A stretch of 64,000 bases of DNA from Octopus sinensis (Eukaryota), in assembly GCF_006345805.1 (NCBI RefSeq), contig NC_043002.1:7068001-7132000 (forward strand). The letters run 5' to 3'. The notes below the pieces were generated by a model. It did not search any database. It was not told the DNA's origin and worked only from the letters and a program-made list of their open reading frames with translations. Both the position numbers and the translations under genes were made by a program. Within the stretch, counting starts at the first letter, position 1; each line of letters begins with the position of its first letter. Below are positions 36,430 to 49,865 of this stretch, piece by piece.

Positions 36430-37917
36430 ATTGAGGATAAAATCTTTAAAAGAAATTATCAGTAGTCAGCGTGAAAAACCTTGTAAGAGAAAAAAATCCG
36501 TAAATTCTTCCTCTTTGAAAATATTCATTTATATTATATTGAGGGTACTACTATTCGTAGATACCAACACGCTAAGAGGGACCAATGCGGTCAAAACTAC
36601 TAAAAATAAACAAAATTTTACCGAATGCAAAACTTCAAAACACATCATTTTAAAAAAGAATTATAAAAAAGAATATATATAAAAAATTTGTTTGCTTGTT
36701 ATCAGTCGTAAGACACTTGTTGTTGTTTTCACCGTTAATGCTTCTGTATTACATGTTTCTGTATTCCATTGTTTTTTTGTTTTTTTATATTCGTCCCTTT
36801 TGCTGTCCTGGTGTCCGTATACATTCGATCCTTCTTCCAGGAAATCTACGCTCCCAGCTTAGTTTTTCTAATGCTCGTTGCTTAGTTTTTCTTGGAGGGC
36901 TGGCCGTGATCTAGTAATCTCAAGATTAATCAGCCGAAATTACTACGATGATCCGGTTCTTGACTGAAGACTGAGGGTTTCGAATGTCCTGTCCGTGTTT
37001 ATTGTGTCGTCTTCTTGAGTTATACGTTCTTGTCCATGTTGTATTTTTCTACATACCTTAACATATATTCCAGGCGCCACGTACCCTCTTAACATTAATG
37101 TGAGCACATATTCTTAATAACTGGTACGACTCTTTGTTTGTCTCTCTCTCTCTCTCACTTTTACTTGATCTGTCCCCTTCTCTCTCCACTCATCCTCTTT
37201 TTCTCTTCTCTTTCCTCTGATTATTTGGTCTAATCTTCCACTACCCTCCTATTTCTTTGTCTCGCTCTGCACTCACAGGTCGCTCTTCGACACCCATCCC
37301 TTCTCCTCTCTGATTCCTTCCTTCTCTCTCTTCTCTCTCTTTGTTGCGTTTGTCCCTCCTCTCTCTCTCTCCTCTCTCTCTCTTCCGTTGCTTCTCTTTC
37401 TTTTCTTTTCTCTCTTCTCTGTCACGTGACTGCTGGCCGAAATCTGCCTTTCAGCTTCTGACCAGCGTCGTGTTAACATCGTTGTTTTTCGTCCGCCGCT
37501 ATAGGCATCGCCGATAAGGCTCCTTTCCTCGCGCCAGAGAAAAAATTTGTTTGCTTGTTATCAGTCGTAAGACACTTGTTGTTTTCACCGTTAATGCTTC
37601 TGTATTTCATGTTTCTGTATTCCATTATTTTTTTGTTTTTTTATATTCGTCCCTTTTGCTGTCCTGGTGTCCGTATGCATTCGATCCTTCTTCCAGGAAA
37701 TCTACGCTCCCAGCTTAGTTTTTCTAATGCTCGTTGCTTAGTTTTTCTTGGAGGGCTGGCCGTGATCTAGTAATCTCAAGATTAATCAGCCGAAATTACT
37801 ACGATGATCCGGTTCTTGACTGAAGACTGAGGGTTTCGAATGTCCTGTCCGTGTTTATTGTGTCGTCTTCTTGAGTTATACGTTCTTGTCCATGTTGTAT
37901 TTTTCTACATACCTTAA
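36430..37917 (+). mobile_element. Penelope-like partial tandem: ORF 3' remnant, pLTR, spacer, pLTR
   Basis: Near-identical direct repeats at 36681-37061 and 37540-37917. The upstream 36430-36680 translates IKSLKEIISSQREKP..., resembling the end of the GIY-YIG ORF at 38660-38800. Confidence 0.6.
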
Positions 37918-37920
37918 TAT

Positions 37921-37964
<44 letters not shown>

Positions 37965-37971
<7 letters not shown>

Positions 37972-39697
37972 AGGATGAAGAATTTGAACATTCAGGCTTT
38001 ATGTTTATTTCCAGTTAGTTTATATTCCGATACGTGTTTCGATCGCACGTTGCATATTGGTGCTTATTCATACACAGCGGTTTTTGCATTATTAATACGA
38101 TCGCTTGAGAGCCTATAACTATGATATTTTTCGAAAAGGAATTATCCTCCGTTATTAGTTTGAATTAGGCTTGGTAGTAGTTATAGTACAGGATGACATT
38201 CTGCTATAAGATGTCTTTCTCAACTGTTTGTTTGGGTAAAATTCAGTAGCAGCAGCAGCAGTTAGTAAATGTTTTGGGTTAGGAAGGGTGTGGTTACTTA
38301 TAGAATGCTTATTTTTGATTGATTCTACATACTTTATAGTCTCAAGGCATTTTTGGTGGATTTCAAAGTTGATTTAGTGGGTAATTACTAAGCAGTAAGA
38401 AACATGTGGTTATTAAAAAAAAGTGGTCAGTTACATTTCAAATTCTTCTAATTAGTTACTATTATTCTTATAAATTGAATTCTATTCTTATATTCCTTAA
38501 ATGTGTCTTTATTATTACAGCTATTACGTTTAAAGAAAAAATGTTTATTGAAATTATATAAATTAAGGTATTCTATTATTTCAATCTTTTAAAAAGGAAA
38601 CGTTATTTGTGCAAGCTGTTAAAACTTCTTTCTTGTCTAGTGTCAACTAAATTATTTTTGAAGTAAATATTTGGTATAATTCCACTAGGCACAAATTGCA
38701 TCTTTCATCCCCTATTTTATAAGGTTTCGCGTTGCTAATAATTTCCCATTTTAATGAATATTTAATATTTTCATTCTTAAGCGACCATATAAATTTGCTA
38801 AGACATGTTGAAAATTTTCTGGTACTATTTCTAAAAGAGTTTTCATGATTTGCTATTCTTTGTTTTATAAATCATGAACTAGCACCGATATAATATTATT
38901 CATTTTTATCTGTTGTGACAACACATCTATAGACGGTATTTCTTACTTTACAGTTATTTTTACAGTCATTGTGTTTTCCTAGCGCAATCACATGTTCCAT
39001 GTATAAAGTGATGTACGTTTTTACTATTAAACTTTATAATGTTTGTGTTTGTTTTATATTTTTGCTGATTATCGTTTTTATTACTGTTTTCATAATAGTC
39101 GCTGCTCTTTCTAGATAGCATTGTGCCTGTCTATTACTTATTAGAATTTATAGAATTATTCAATTAAGCAGTTTACCTTTCATCATTATTTACTTTCTTA
39201 ATGGTGATGTCAACAGAATTTGTATCAAAAATTTTTCTATCGTTTTTAAAATTGGTGTTATTATTACCTTTAATTTGATTTTCGTTATTATATACCTTAT
39301 TAATGTTATTGTCCTGTGCTTTTGTAATTTTCTTGGTGTTGTGGACAGCTATAATTTTGGCTAAATTTCTAGAGCTGGAGAACGCGATTCTGATTTTCTG
39401 TTTATGAAATCAATTATGGTACCTATTCGTTATGAGAAAAAATCTATTTGGTGCCTCGTAGAACATTCTAGATATTTTTGATTTTACTTGCCGAGCAAAG
39501 GGGATAATCATCCAGTCTATATTTTTAGAACAATTTCTTAAATTATAGTTTGGATTGTAATTAGTGTTTATGGTCGGAGTGAACGTTTTAATCTTATTTC
39601 TTATTGTATTAAAGTTTTTCTGTTTAAGATTTTGTTATTGGTATTTTTTACTAGTTGAGTTTGGTCGGGTGCTAAAATCGTTGTTAGAGCTCTTTAC

Positions 39698-39699
<2 letters not shown>
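37965..39699 (-). mobile_element. Penelope-like element remnant: linker, GIY-YIG endonuclease and 3' region, no RT
   Basis: Minus frames: WMIIPF...KIRIAFSSSRNLAKIIAVHN (linker); TVYRCVV...NYIGAS...KQRIANHENSF...KWEIISNAKPY...RCNLCLVE (GIY-YIG with C-terminal CxxC). Confidence 0.8.
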
Positions 39700-39751
<52 letters not shown>

Positions 39752-39964
39752 ATATATATATATATATTATATATATATACATGTGATTGCTCACATTTTA
39801 AAACTGTTGGAATACTTACAATGTTTAATAAAATGATGTAGCGTGGAAACGATCGTACCAAATTACCAAAGATATTTTTGTTGCTTATTTTGAGTATATA
39901 TATATATATAAAGGTAAATAGCAATAACAACGACTTTAGCACCCGACCAAAGTCAACTAGTAAA

Positions 39965-39998
<34 letters not shown>

Positions 39999-41322
39999 GT
40001 ATTCTTTACAACAATGCCATTGACAGTGACTTCGAAGTTTCGGCCGCCTAGGACATCATAAGACTGAACATAGAAACAAACATTATATATATATATATAT
40101 ATACGTACGTACGTACATACATACATACATACAGACATACATACATGCATACATACATGCATCTGTGTATGTGTGCATGGATATGAGTGTAGTTGTATGT
40201 CTTTCGTTGATATATATTAACGGACGATGTAAACCCTAGGGAGGGTAACGAAAACAATCAATGAACGACCGCTCTGGGTACATTTGTTCTGCATTGATCT
40301 TCAGTCACTTCGCTATTACTCACATCGTCTTTAAAAAAAAAGTAAACCTTTCATTGATGCACCATCGTCTTCCAGTTGTAATAAAAGATAAGTGTATAAA
40401 TAAATACATAAATAAATAAATGAATAAATAAAAAATGAAAGAAAGACGATGTTCAGTTATCCCTTTATGAAAGGGGCTGTGTCTTTTAATATTTTGCAAA
40501 TAGCTGGTGTCGTGGTAAATATGAAACTGGATAAGCATCTTTCGTCCCCGAGAAATATTTTTCATGCCATGCGTTGCGCCCGATCTAATCCATTTCCCTG
40601 TTTCACACAGCTACTTCGCTGGTATGTTCCTTTAGCGGAATCTGTGCTTTTATAAACATTCGGGTAACGTCTCATGTCAGGGGACAAATCATCAGTCGTG
40701 GTATCTGCCGTTATTCACAGAGACCCTACAAAGGATCATGAGCGTCGACCTTCTGATTAAACCATAAAAAATATCACAAAAGCTTCCCTGAACAATTCCA
40801 TTAATAGAAAGACACGTTGTTGTTGTTGTTATTTAGCTCAAAGTCGGCCCTGATAAAGCAACTGTATTTACAAGAGGCAACGAGTGGCGACCATGCCATT
40901 TTTTTCAGGTTGTAGTGTGCCCTGGGCTACATTCTTTAAAGTGCCCTCTCACTTTCATGAAATTGATTTGAGGGAAAATTCACTGCTATTTCTACTTGGT
41001 TAGGCGACCACATAGAGACTTCTTCTGTGATAGTATTGCACAATAAGAGATGGAAAGCATTTCTAGGCCTTACGAAGCTCGTCGTTTAGACTTTCTTCTT
41101 CCCACTTACAACTGACTGGGGAACATCTGTTTCGAAGTAGGACGCCAATAAGCTGACTATTTTAGCTTTACTTAATTAACATGACAAATTTGGGGACCTG
41201 TATAAATGACTTCACATCAGTTAATGGTGATTTAGAAGTTAAAAGTTTTGCAGTGTTGCTCTCCTTGTTGTTTTTGTTGTAGTTTTGTAGTTAGGATATA
41301 TATGTATGTATGTATGTATGTG

Positions 41323-41356
<34 letters not shown>

Positions 41357-41415
41357 TGTATATATATATATGTATGTATAAATATATATATATATATATA
41401 TATATGTATACATAA

Positions 41416-41470
<55 letters not shown>

Positions 41471-41511
41471 GTATTATATGTATATATGTATGTATGTATG
41501 TATGTATATAT

Positions 41512-41542
<31 letters not shown>

Positions 41543-41548
41543 GTATAC

Positions 41549-41607
<59 letters not shown>

Positions 41608-41617
41608 GTAATATATG

Positions 41618-41651
<34 letters not shown>

Positions 41652-41656
41652 TATAT

Positions 41657-41699
<43 letters not shown>

Positions 41700-42519
41700 A
41701 TATATATGTATATATATGTATATATATATGTGTGTGTATATATATGTATATATATATATACACATATATATATGGAGCTGAAACCTTGATATGTTGCGGC
41801 TTAAGTTCCCACAGAAAAAAAAAATGTCAAATTGAACAACATGTTGGGAAGGAGCAAACAAGTTTTTAAAAGTACTTCATAATTTAAGAACTATCACTGA
41901 TACAAGCGTGTTTAATGAGAAACTGAAATCTGCAATATTGAATTACAGCCAGTAATAAAATTCTGAAAACTTAACCTAATTTCTTCAATAAATAAGCATT
42001 TGTTGAGATTAGCGTTTATAACAGGTTGACACAAGTAGCTTCATATAGTAACTTTCTAAATTCTAGATCATTATAGATGTGTTGTTTCTAAGGGTTCATT
42101 CGTTCTTTTTTTATATATACTTTTTTAGTTTTATTACATTTAGGCTTTACTTTATAAACCGTATGAAACCTTAGGAGTAAATATCAGTGTCGTTTTTACG
42201 GTTTGAGCTGCAAAAAAATAATTCATCTTGCCATCTCAAGGAATATAAAATAACTGAAATATTCTTAAATATAAACTTTTACAATTCACCTCAAGTAACA
42301 TAAAGAAAGTAACATGAACGCAATTGTTCGACCCACTACAAATATCCACCAAAATCTCTCATATCACACTCTGCCGTCTTAGCAAAATTTGCACACTTTG
42401 GACTTTGTAGTGCTATTTTCTCTGAAAAGATGGAATGGTCACAGTTGGAACGATTTTAATGACAGGTCTTTTCCATTAGCTAAAAACTAATACCACCACC
42501 ACTGCCAACAACAATCATA

Positions 42520-42885
42520 AGTGGAGGTGCAATGGCCCAATGGTTAAGGCAGCGGACTCGCGGTCGGAGGATCGTGGTTGTGTGTGTTTATTGAGCGAAA
42601 ACACTTAAAGCTCCGCGATTCTCCGGCAGTGGGTGGTGGCGACCCCTGTTGTACTCTTTCGCCCCAACTTTCTCTCACTCTTTCTTCCTGTTTCTTGTCT
42701 CCGACTTCCTACGCAACCGCTGAGCCTGGATGCGCAATCACCCATCCGTCGATGCTCTCGGTGTCGGGATTTGGTCCGCTTTCTCTTCTGCGGGTCTTAC
42801 GAATAGCAAAGGACCACGTTTCGGACTTCTCCCACTACAGAGGCGCGATCTTGCGAGCTCTGGGACGAAGACCGCTTCGCTTAAC
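42520..42885 (+). mobile_element. SINE family A
   Basis: Head with B-box deletion, full body, 14-nt insertion ACTACAGAGGCGCG, CAA/CAG tail. Confidence 0.9.
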
Positions 42886-43243
42886 AGCAACAGCAACAAC
42901 AGCAACTACAAGGCATCTGATTTTGAAGAATGATTTCTCGAGATATTTTATATATGTGCTTGGAGAAGAGAATGAAAAGAAAGACAAAGGCGTACAAAGA
43001 CAACAATCTGTGAGTAGTAGATGTTTGAAAAGAAGTAACAATGGTCTATTCAACTGAGTTAAGATTTGCACTCCAGCCTCGTAAAACCCCCACTGGCAAC
43101 ACCTACCTTAACAGACCCCTTGCTTGGAGGGCTGTCCCGAGTGGTGCAAAGGTGTCATCCGCAGGAGTAGATAATCTCCAATAAATGGTGGATACAGTGA
43201 TTGATGTTACAGTGCATGCCTTAATACTACTAAATCTACTATT

Positions 43244-43274
<31 letters not shown>

Positions 43275-43284
43275 TGTTGTAGTT

Positions 43285-43319
<35 letters not shown>

Positions 43320-43571
43320 TGTTGTTGTTGTTGTAGTAGTAGTAGTAACAATGTAGAATTAGAAAGTAACCCCAAATAAGAATTTTGATGGTAAATTAAA
43401 AATGTAGTAATAAGAATTTCTGTGAGTCCTTTACAATTTCTTTGCTTTTATTTATTCGGTATTATATTTAATAGTCCATATGATATTCAATAATCCTCTC
43501 AATCCATCCTCCCTAATCGTTCCAATGTAAGTAAACGTTACTAACCACGAAATCTCTACTCAGTCTATATC

Positions 43572-43807
43572 TACATATTTCTTTACTACCCACAAGGGGC
43601 TAAACACAGAGGGGACAAACAAGGACAGACAAACGGATTAAGTCGATTACATCGACCCCAGTGCGTGACTGGTACTTAATTTATCGGCCCCGAAAGGATG
43701 AAAGGCAAAGTCGACCTCGGCGGAATTTGAACTCAGAACGTAACGGCAGACGAAATACCGCTAAGCTTTTCGCCCGGCGTGCTAACGTTTCTGCCAGCTC
43801 GCCACTT
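43572..43807 (-). mobile_element. SINE family B, full length, with 17-bp TSD
   Basis: TCTACTCAGTCTATATC at 43555-43571 and 43808-43824. Confidence 0.93.
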
Positions 43808-44998
43808 TCTACTCAGTCTATATCGTTAATGGATATTGATGTGGTGGCCCAGTCGATATTTTAATTGAGAAAAGAAAAATGCAATTATCCGTGAAAATAT
43901 TTAGTGTACATTCGCTGGATGCAGAAAGTAGGAAAAAGTCTTCGTATGTGATGATACAGAAAAGTTTTGCATTCATTTAGTGTAACGCTCACTTAGCGAA
44001 ACAGTTTTTTTTTATATGGAGGAAGGGAATCCAAGCTTCATTGAATACACATTTCTGTAAGTCCACTTTGCGTAACTATAATTCCTGACATATAGTTAGG
44101 AAGAAAAAAACACTCACAACATCAAGAAAAGAAAAAAATAGCAGACTATGAACTTTGTAATTAATAAATCATATAACAACAAGTCAATTATTACTTAGCT
44201 GTATATAGCGAAAAATTATGTTCTCATTAATAAAGATGTCACCTGATTCATGTTCATGTGTTACCGTGTAGCGTTTGTACGTTTGTGACAACTATACGTT
44301 TGTACATGTGTATATATATATGTGTGTGTGTGTGTGTGAGTGTGTGTGTGTTTGTGTATGTGTGTGTGTGTGTGTGTGTGTGTCTGTGTGTCTGTGTGTT
44401 TGTGTGTGTTAATGTATATATTTATGTATGTGTGCAGAATTTGTTGGCTTGCATGTACGCATGTAAGTGCACACACACACATACACACATAATTACGTAC
44501 TCAAACATACATATGTGTGTGTGTGTATACCACACACACACGCACACATATGGATGATTTATTAAGTGTCTTATTAACGTTACGTGTAATGAATTTCTAT
44601 TATTGTATAATACTTTGTCTTGCTTTATACTGCTGCTGCATCTGATCAGTTGGTCTTTCTCTGACTTCTCCGATCTCTACTCCTAATAGTACCACCAACT
44701 CCAAACCAACAGCAACTACTACAACTATTACTATTCATGCAGCTGACTATAGAAATTTAGATGGAATTAATTTTTATAATCGATCTTCCTACAACTGGTA
44801 ACATCGTATTTACGGTGGATACATTCGTAACTGTTAATTAATTAATTAATAATTGGTTCAAACATACGCACAATGCCTGAAATTTGGGAGTGGATATCAG
44901 TGGATCTGGGAGTCGACCTCAGCGAAATTTGAACTTTGAAATAGCGACGGGCTAAGTTTTTCGTCCAGCTCACCGCCTTAATAATAATAATAATAATA

Positions 44999-45046
<48 letters not shown>

Positions 45047-45052
45047 TGATGA

Positions 45053-45082
<30 letters not shown>

Positions 45083-45083
<1 letters not shown>

Positions 45084-47425
45084 GACTACGCCTGAACAAG
45101 GACTGTAACTGTCAAGGAGACGAGCTGCAGAAAAGCGCGTTCAACAAAGCGGCGACCACACCTTCTCACCGTTAAGGCATCGCTGGAGATATCGCAGCGT
45201 CGGCGCATGTCTGCGCATCTTCAGTTACGGCAAGCCCGTCCTCCACGCAACGGGTGCTGAGATATGGACCGTCTGACAAGCGGTACCTTTCCCCTCCACA
45301 GGGAGAGGGGGAGCAAACGCACCATCCCGTTCAGCCAAGAAGCGGGGAAAAAGACGATAGTCAGACGGTAGTATTTGATCAATGCGATGTACGCATTCTC
45401 CACCTCCGCCCGACCTTTCAGGGACAGCTTCCTCTCGACCCATCTATGTGTGAGGCTGTCCACCCTGTCTGTCACCTCACTCCAGTTCTTATCCCCTTCC
45501 GTCCAGCACCTCACAAGCTGTCGGTTGGCATGGGCCTGCCTCTTCAGGTGCCGAGCTGCAGGCCCACTTCTCCTGGTTGATCATTGCTCCAGTCACCGTT
45601 TCGTATTCCCTCATGGTAGTGCCGACCATCTCGATTTCCGATGTGTCCGACACTATTAGGGTGACGTCGTCCATTTACGCTGACACGAACCTTCTACATC
45701 CCAGTTTACGCGGGATGTCCTTGAAACCTCCAGCTTCCGCAGTAATGGCTTGAGTACCAGTACGTACGAAGGGGTGAGAGTGGGCATCGTTGACTGGGTG
45801 AGCGAGCAATATTAAACGATTCCGAGAGGTGGCTTTGACCATCGCACAGATGTCGCTGTATATTGCAGCGATACAGCCTCTGAAAACGGGACCTAAACCA
45901 GCCGCCTTGAGGACAGCCTCCAAGTACTGATGGTTGATCCTATCAAAGACTTTTGGTAGATCCAAATGGATCAGAGCCCCACCCATGCTAGTTTCTTTAC
46001 CAACCCTCTCTATAATGTATCGCGTGTGGTGGGGGTTGTCGTGTATAGTTGTGCTGGGGATAGTGCAAGTCTGCGCATCACCCACCAGTCTGTGAACAAG
46101 CGCCAATCTCTTTGCTAACACCTTGGCCAAAATTTTGTAATATGTATTTAGCAGAGTTACCGGCCTAAAGTTATCAATAATGTCTTCCTTGTTCGGATCC
46201 ATTCTCAGTAGCGTCACCACACCTCGGCTCTCAGATCCGTGTATTCTCCCATTCTGCTGGCAGTTGCGGTAGACGTTTCCCAAAAGCTCACCAAACAAAT
46301 TTGGCATATATATATATAAAGCTCGAAGGGCAGACCATCCAATCCCAGAGAACTCTCTCTCGTGCAACTAGCTAACGTATCACGTATATCTTAGGCAGTT
46401 ATCGGCATTTCGCATAACTGCACGTCCCTGGCCGAAAGCCATGGTACACCGTCAAGGTAAGAAGTGAAATTCATCTCCACTTTCGGGCCACCGCGCCCCA
46501 CGTACTGTTCAGCAAAGTGCCGCTGAAATTCCGCACGCATCTGCTTCGACTCATGTAGCAAGCGCCCGTCCCGACCCCTCAAAGACTGATTTGTAGTTTT
46601 ATTACCACGTTCGGCTACCTGGACCCATCGAACGCTTTTTGTTCCCCTTGCTTTAGAGTACGCTTCCAAGCTCTTACAATGCAGCCTTTATGCTAGGTGT
46701 TGAAGAATTGTTTTAGAACCAATCTTACTGCTAACACGTCGGTCACTATGCTTCTACTGAGTGCCTTTTCTAATTTTCTAACTAGGTCTCCCTCTACTCT
46801 CGTCTTCTATATCGCTAATTCTCTGCTAAATTCTACAGCTTCTACGCTAATCACTCGTTTTAGGGCCCCCTACCATCGGTTGTAGACGACTGCACTCCTA
46901 AACTTTCGATAGAGTAACTTGCTAAGCCGGTCTCTGAAAGCTTGGCGCGCAGGGAAGGACGCGTTCAGCTTCCAGAATCCGCGTCCTTGGATATGGACCC
47001 TATCTAGGTTAACCGTAGAGATCACAAATCTGTGGTCTGTGTAGTTGACGAATTCAAATTGTGGACTCTATGCTATTCCTATCTGGTGGACTACAAAATA
47101 CCCTATCTAGATAAGATCTGGATGACCCGGCGCTGTTTTCCCATGTCCACACTGGCGTGTGCGGGAAATTCATTCTGAACCTGACCGCCAGCTGGAAACG
47201 ACTGAGTAGGTTTACGAGGCTTGTGCACCCCACCTTTCCTATCCGCTAGCCCCAACCATTCCACAAGTGCATCCAAAATGCCGTTCCAATCGCCCAATAA
47301 CACTAAAGGTTGAGACGCCTCCAGGTGTCTGAAGAACTCAGGCTGCCCCACTCCAGTTGGTGCGTACACTGCGACCAGTATAAAAGCACTGCCTTCATTA
47401 TCGTTCACGTCCTGGACTACCGACT
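45083..47425 (-). mobile_element. Decayed Tx1/L1-clade LINE ORF2 (APE and RT)
   Basis: FILVAVYAPT, LLGDWNGILD, TDHRFV, GFWKLNASF, NFRPVTLLNTYYKILAKVLAKRL, LDLPKVFDRINH, *MDDVT, RKLSLKGRAEV; many deletions and frameshifts. Confidence 0.9.
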
Positions 47426-47438
47426 TAGCTTCTGGTAA

Positions 47439-47552
47439 TGTGATGCATGTGCCTGATTTACCTCTATCAGACAGGTAGTCATGATTTGTATATCGGGCTT
47501 CGTATATTTGTACCCCAGTGTTACTTTGATGGCATGTGCAGCTCTCTCACTC
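47439..47552 (+). mobile_element. Element X 3' fragment ending in (TAA)n
   Basis: Aligns to ~25050-25163. Confidence 0.8.
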
Positions 47553-47599
47553 AATAATAATAATAATGGTTTCAAATTTTTCCACAAGGGCAGCAAGTT

Positions 47600-47853
47600 T
47601 TGGGGAGTGGGTGAGTCGAATACATTAGTGTTCAACTGGTACTTATTTTATCGAACCCGAAAAGATGAAAGGCAAAATTGACCTCGGCTGAATTTGAACT
47701 CAGAACGTAGTGAAGGGCGAAATACTGCTGAACATTTGTTCCAGCGTGCTAACTATTCTCCCAGGTAATCTAATTACATCGATCGCTATACTCTACTGGT
47801 ACTTATTTTATCGGCCTTGGAGGATGAAAATTAAAGTCGACCTCGGCGGAATA
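47600..47853 (-). mobile_element. Two old, partial family B SINE copies in tandem
   Basis: CTGGTACTTATTTTATCG...GACCTCGGC occurs twice. Confidence 0.7.
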
Positions 47854-47931
47854 AGAATAACAACAACAACGACGACGACGATGACGATGATGATGATGAT
47901 GAGGAGGAGGAGGTGGTGGAGGTGGAGGAGA

Positions 47932-47963
<32 letters not shown>

Positions 47964-48194
47964 AATGTTACACTCATTTTCATATTACGTGTGAGTTTTG
48001 AATGATAAAATGATAATTCTGTCCTAAAAGATTAATTTCTTCCGTTATTACTTTTCTTCAGTCCACCGTATCTTTTCCTCTGTGACTAACTGCCACCGAT
48101 TCCAACAACTCCACTGAGTCTGTCTGTTCATCTGAAGAATGTCCCTACGTAGTAATTGACTAGTAGTTTTTCTTCTAACCGCTGACAGAATAGA

Positions 48195-48525
48195 GGGGGA
48201 GGTAGCACCTACACAGTCATCTATATAGCGACCGTATAGCTCTGGGGTCAGTACGGAGAAGATTTGGACCTCAAACTAACTAACAAATAAGTTGGCAAAA
48301 TCGGGGCCTATTCTCATTCCCATAGTAACTCCAGAGATATACTGGCAAATCTCTCCTGCGAACGTAAAGCAGATGAGGGTGAGGATGAGTTGTGCTAGGC
48401 GGATAAGGGGGGGTAGCAGTGGGGTCTGGGCGACGGTGGAAGTACTGGAAGGCAAAGAGGCCGTCGTTGTGGGGGGATCACAGTGAACAGAGATTTTATG
48501 TCCATGGTAAAAAGGCGGGAGCCTG
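48195..48525 (-). mobile_element. Penelope-like RT fragment
   Basis: RLFTMDIKSLFTVIP...GVTMGMRIGPDFANLF...GRYIDDCVGA. Confidence 0.85.
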
Positions 48526-48651
48526 TGTTGGTGTCATATATATATATATATATGTATGTATATGTGTGTGTGTGTTTGCGTGTGTTTGTGACGTGTGTAT
48601 ATATGCATATATATATATATACGTGTGTGTGTCTGTGTGTGTGTGTGTGTG

Positions 48652-48822
48652 TGTGTGTAGGACGGGCTTCTTTCTGTTTCCACCTACTAAATCCACTCAC
48701 AAGGCTTTGGTCGGACCAAGGCTATAGTAGAAGACACTCGGCCAAGGTGCCACACAGTGAGACTGAACCCGGAAGCATATAGTTGGTATGCAAGCTACTT
48801 ACCACACAGCCACTCCTGCGCC
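48652..48822 (-). mobile_element. SINE family C, 5' half
   Basis: Head and CORE-like segment match the other copies. Confidence 0.85.
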
Positions 48823-48899
48823 TATATGTGTGTGTGTGCGCGCGCGTGTGTGTGTGAAGTTACGTATACACACACACATATATCATATATATGAATATA

Positions 48900-49865
48900 T
48901 ATCCCTCACCACCAAGAGCTGCGTGCACTCTAACATTTCCTTGACCTTCGATCAAACCCCCAACCTGACACTTCCTCACTCCTTCGTCTGGCCTAACTTC
49001 TCCTCTCACTTAACTGCATCCATCTCGTTCACTGGTGATTTTTACCATCAGTTTCGGGAGTAGCCATGGGAACAAGAATGGGCCCCAACTATGCGAACCT
49101 ATTCTTTGGCGACGTTGAGGCCCGAATATTCTTAAGTTTCAGTGGTCCCACTCCTGAACTATACGAGCGTTATATTGACTGTATCGTGCGACCTCAATCT
49201 CTTGCGAACATCTAAACTCTTTCCTCTCTTTTGTCAAATCTGTCCATCCTGCCCTCTACTTCTGCACTATTTCCAACATTTCCGTCGCCTTTCTCGAAAT
49301 TTCGGTCAGCATTCATCACTCTACTCTCACCACCTCCATCCACTACAAACACACAGACTCACACTCATACCTCAACTTCTCCTCCTCCCACCTTAAACAC
49401 ACCAAGCTCTCCATCCCCAATTCCCAATTTCTTCGACTACACAAGCTCTGCAGTGACAACAATGACTTTGAGACTCCAGTGCATACACTAGCACTGACCA
49501 GTGCCCAGCACCTACACCTTCATCCACACATCTAGACATGTACACACGCACACGTCAATGTCACCAGCCCCCTTCGACACGCACATACACGCTCTCACAT
49601 AAACACGCACGCGACCTTCGTTTTGGGATCACCACTACTTTATTATCTCCCCTTCTTCCTAGCTGTCCAGCATTCGCCATGATAGATCGCTAGCCACAAA
49701 CCTTTTCCTATTTTCTCTCCCTGTTTATTTCTGTGTTCCTTTCTGTCGAAGAGCGTAGGCTCGAAACGTAAAAGACTTTCTCACTTCCCGAGCGTTAAAC
49801 TAATACATCTGTTTGTTATTTACACACCCGTCCTCGTCTTTTGTGTTTTGTAAATTCTCACTATG
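48900..49865 (+). mobile_element. Internally deleted Penelope-like element: RT, thumb and pLTR
   Basis: FYHQF/GVAMGTRMGPNYANLF...RYID; TSIHYKHTDSHSYLNFSSSH...SIPNSQFLRLHKLCSD; pLTR with CTGTCGAAGAGCGTAGGCTCGAAACGTA at 49743-49770. Confidence 0.85.
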
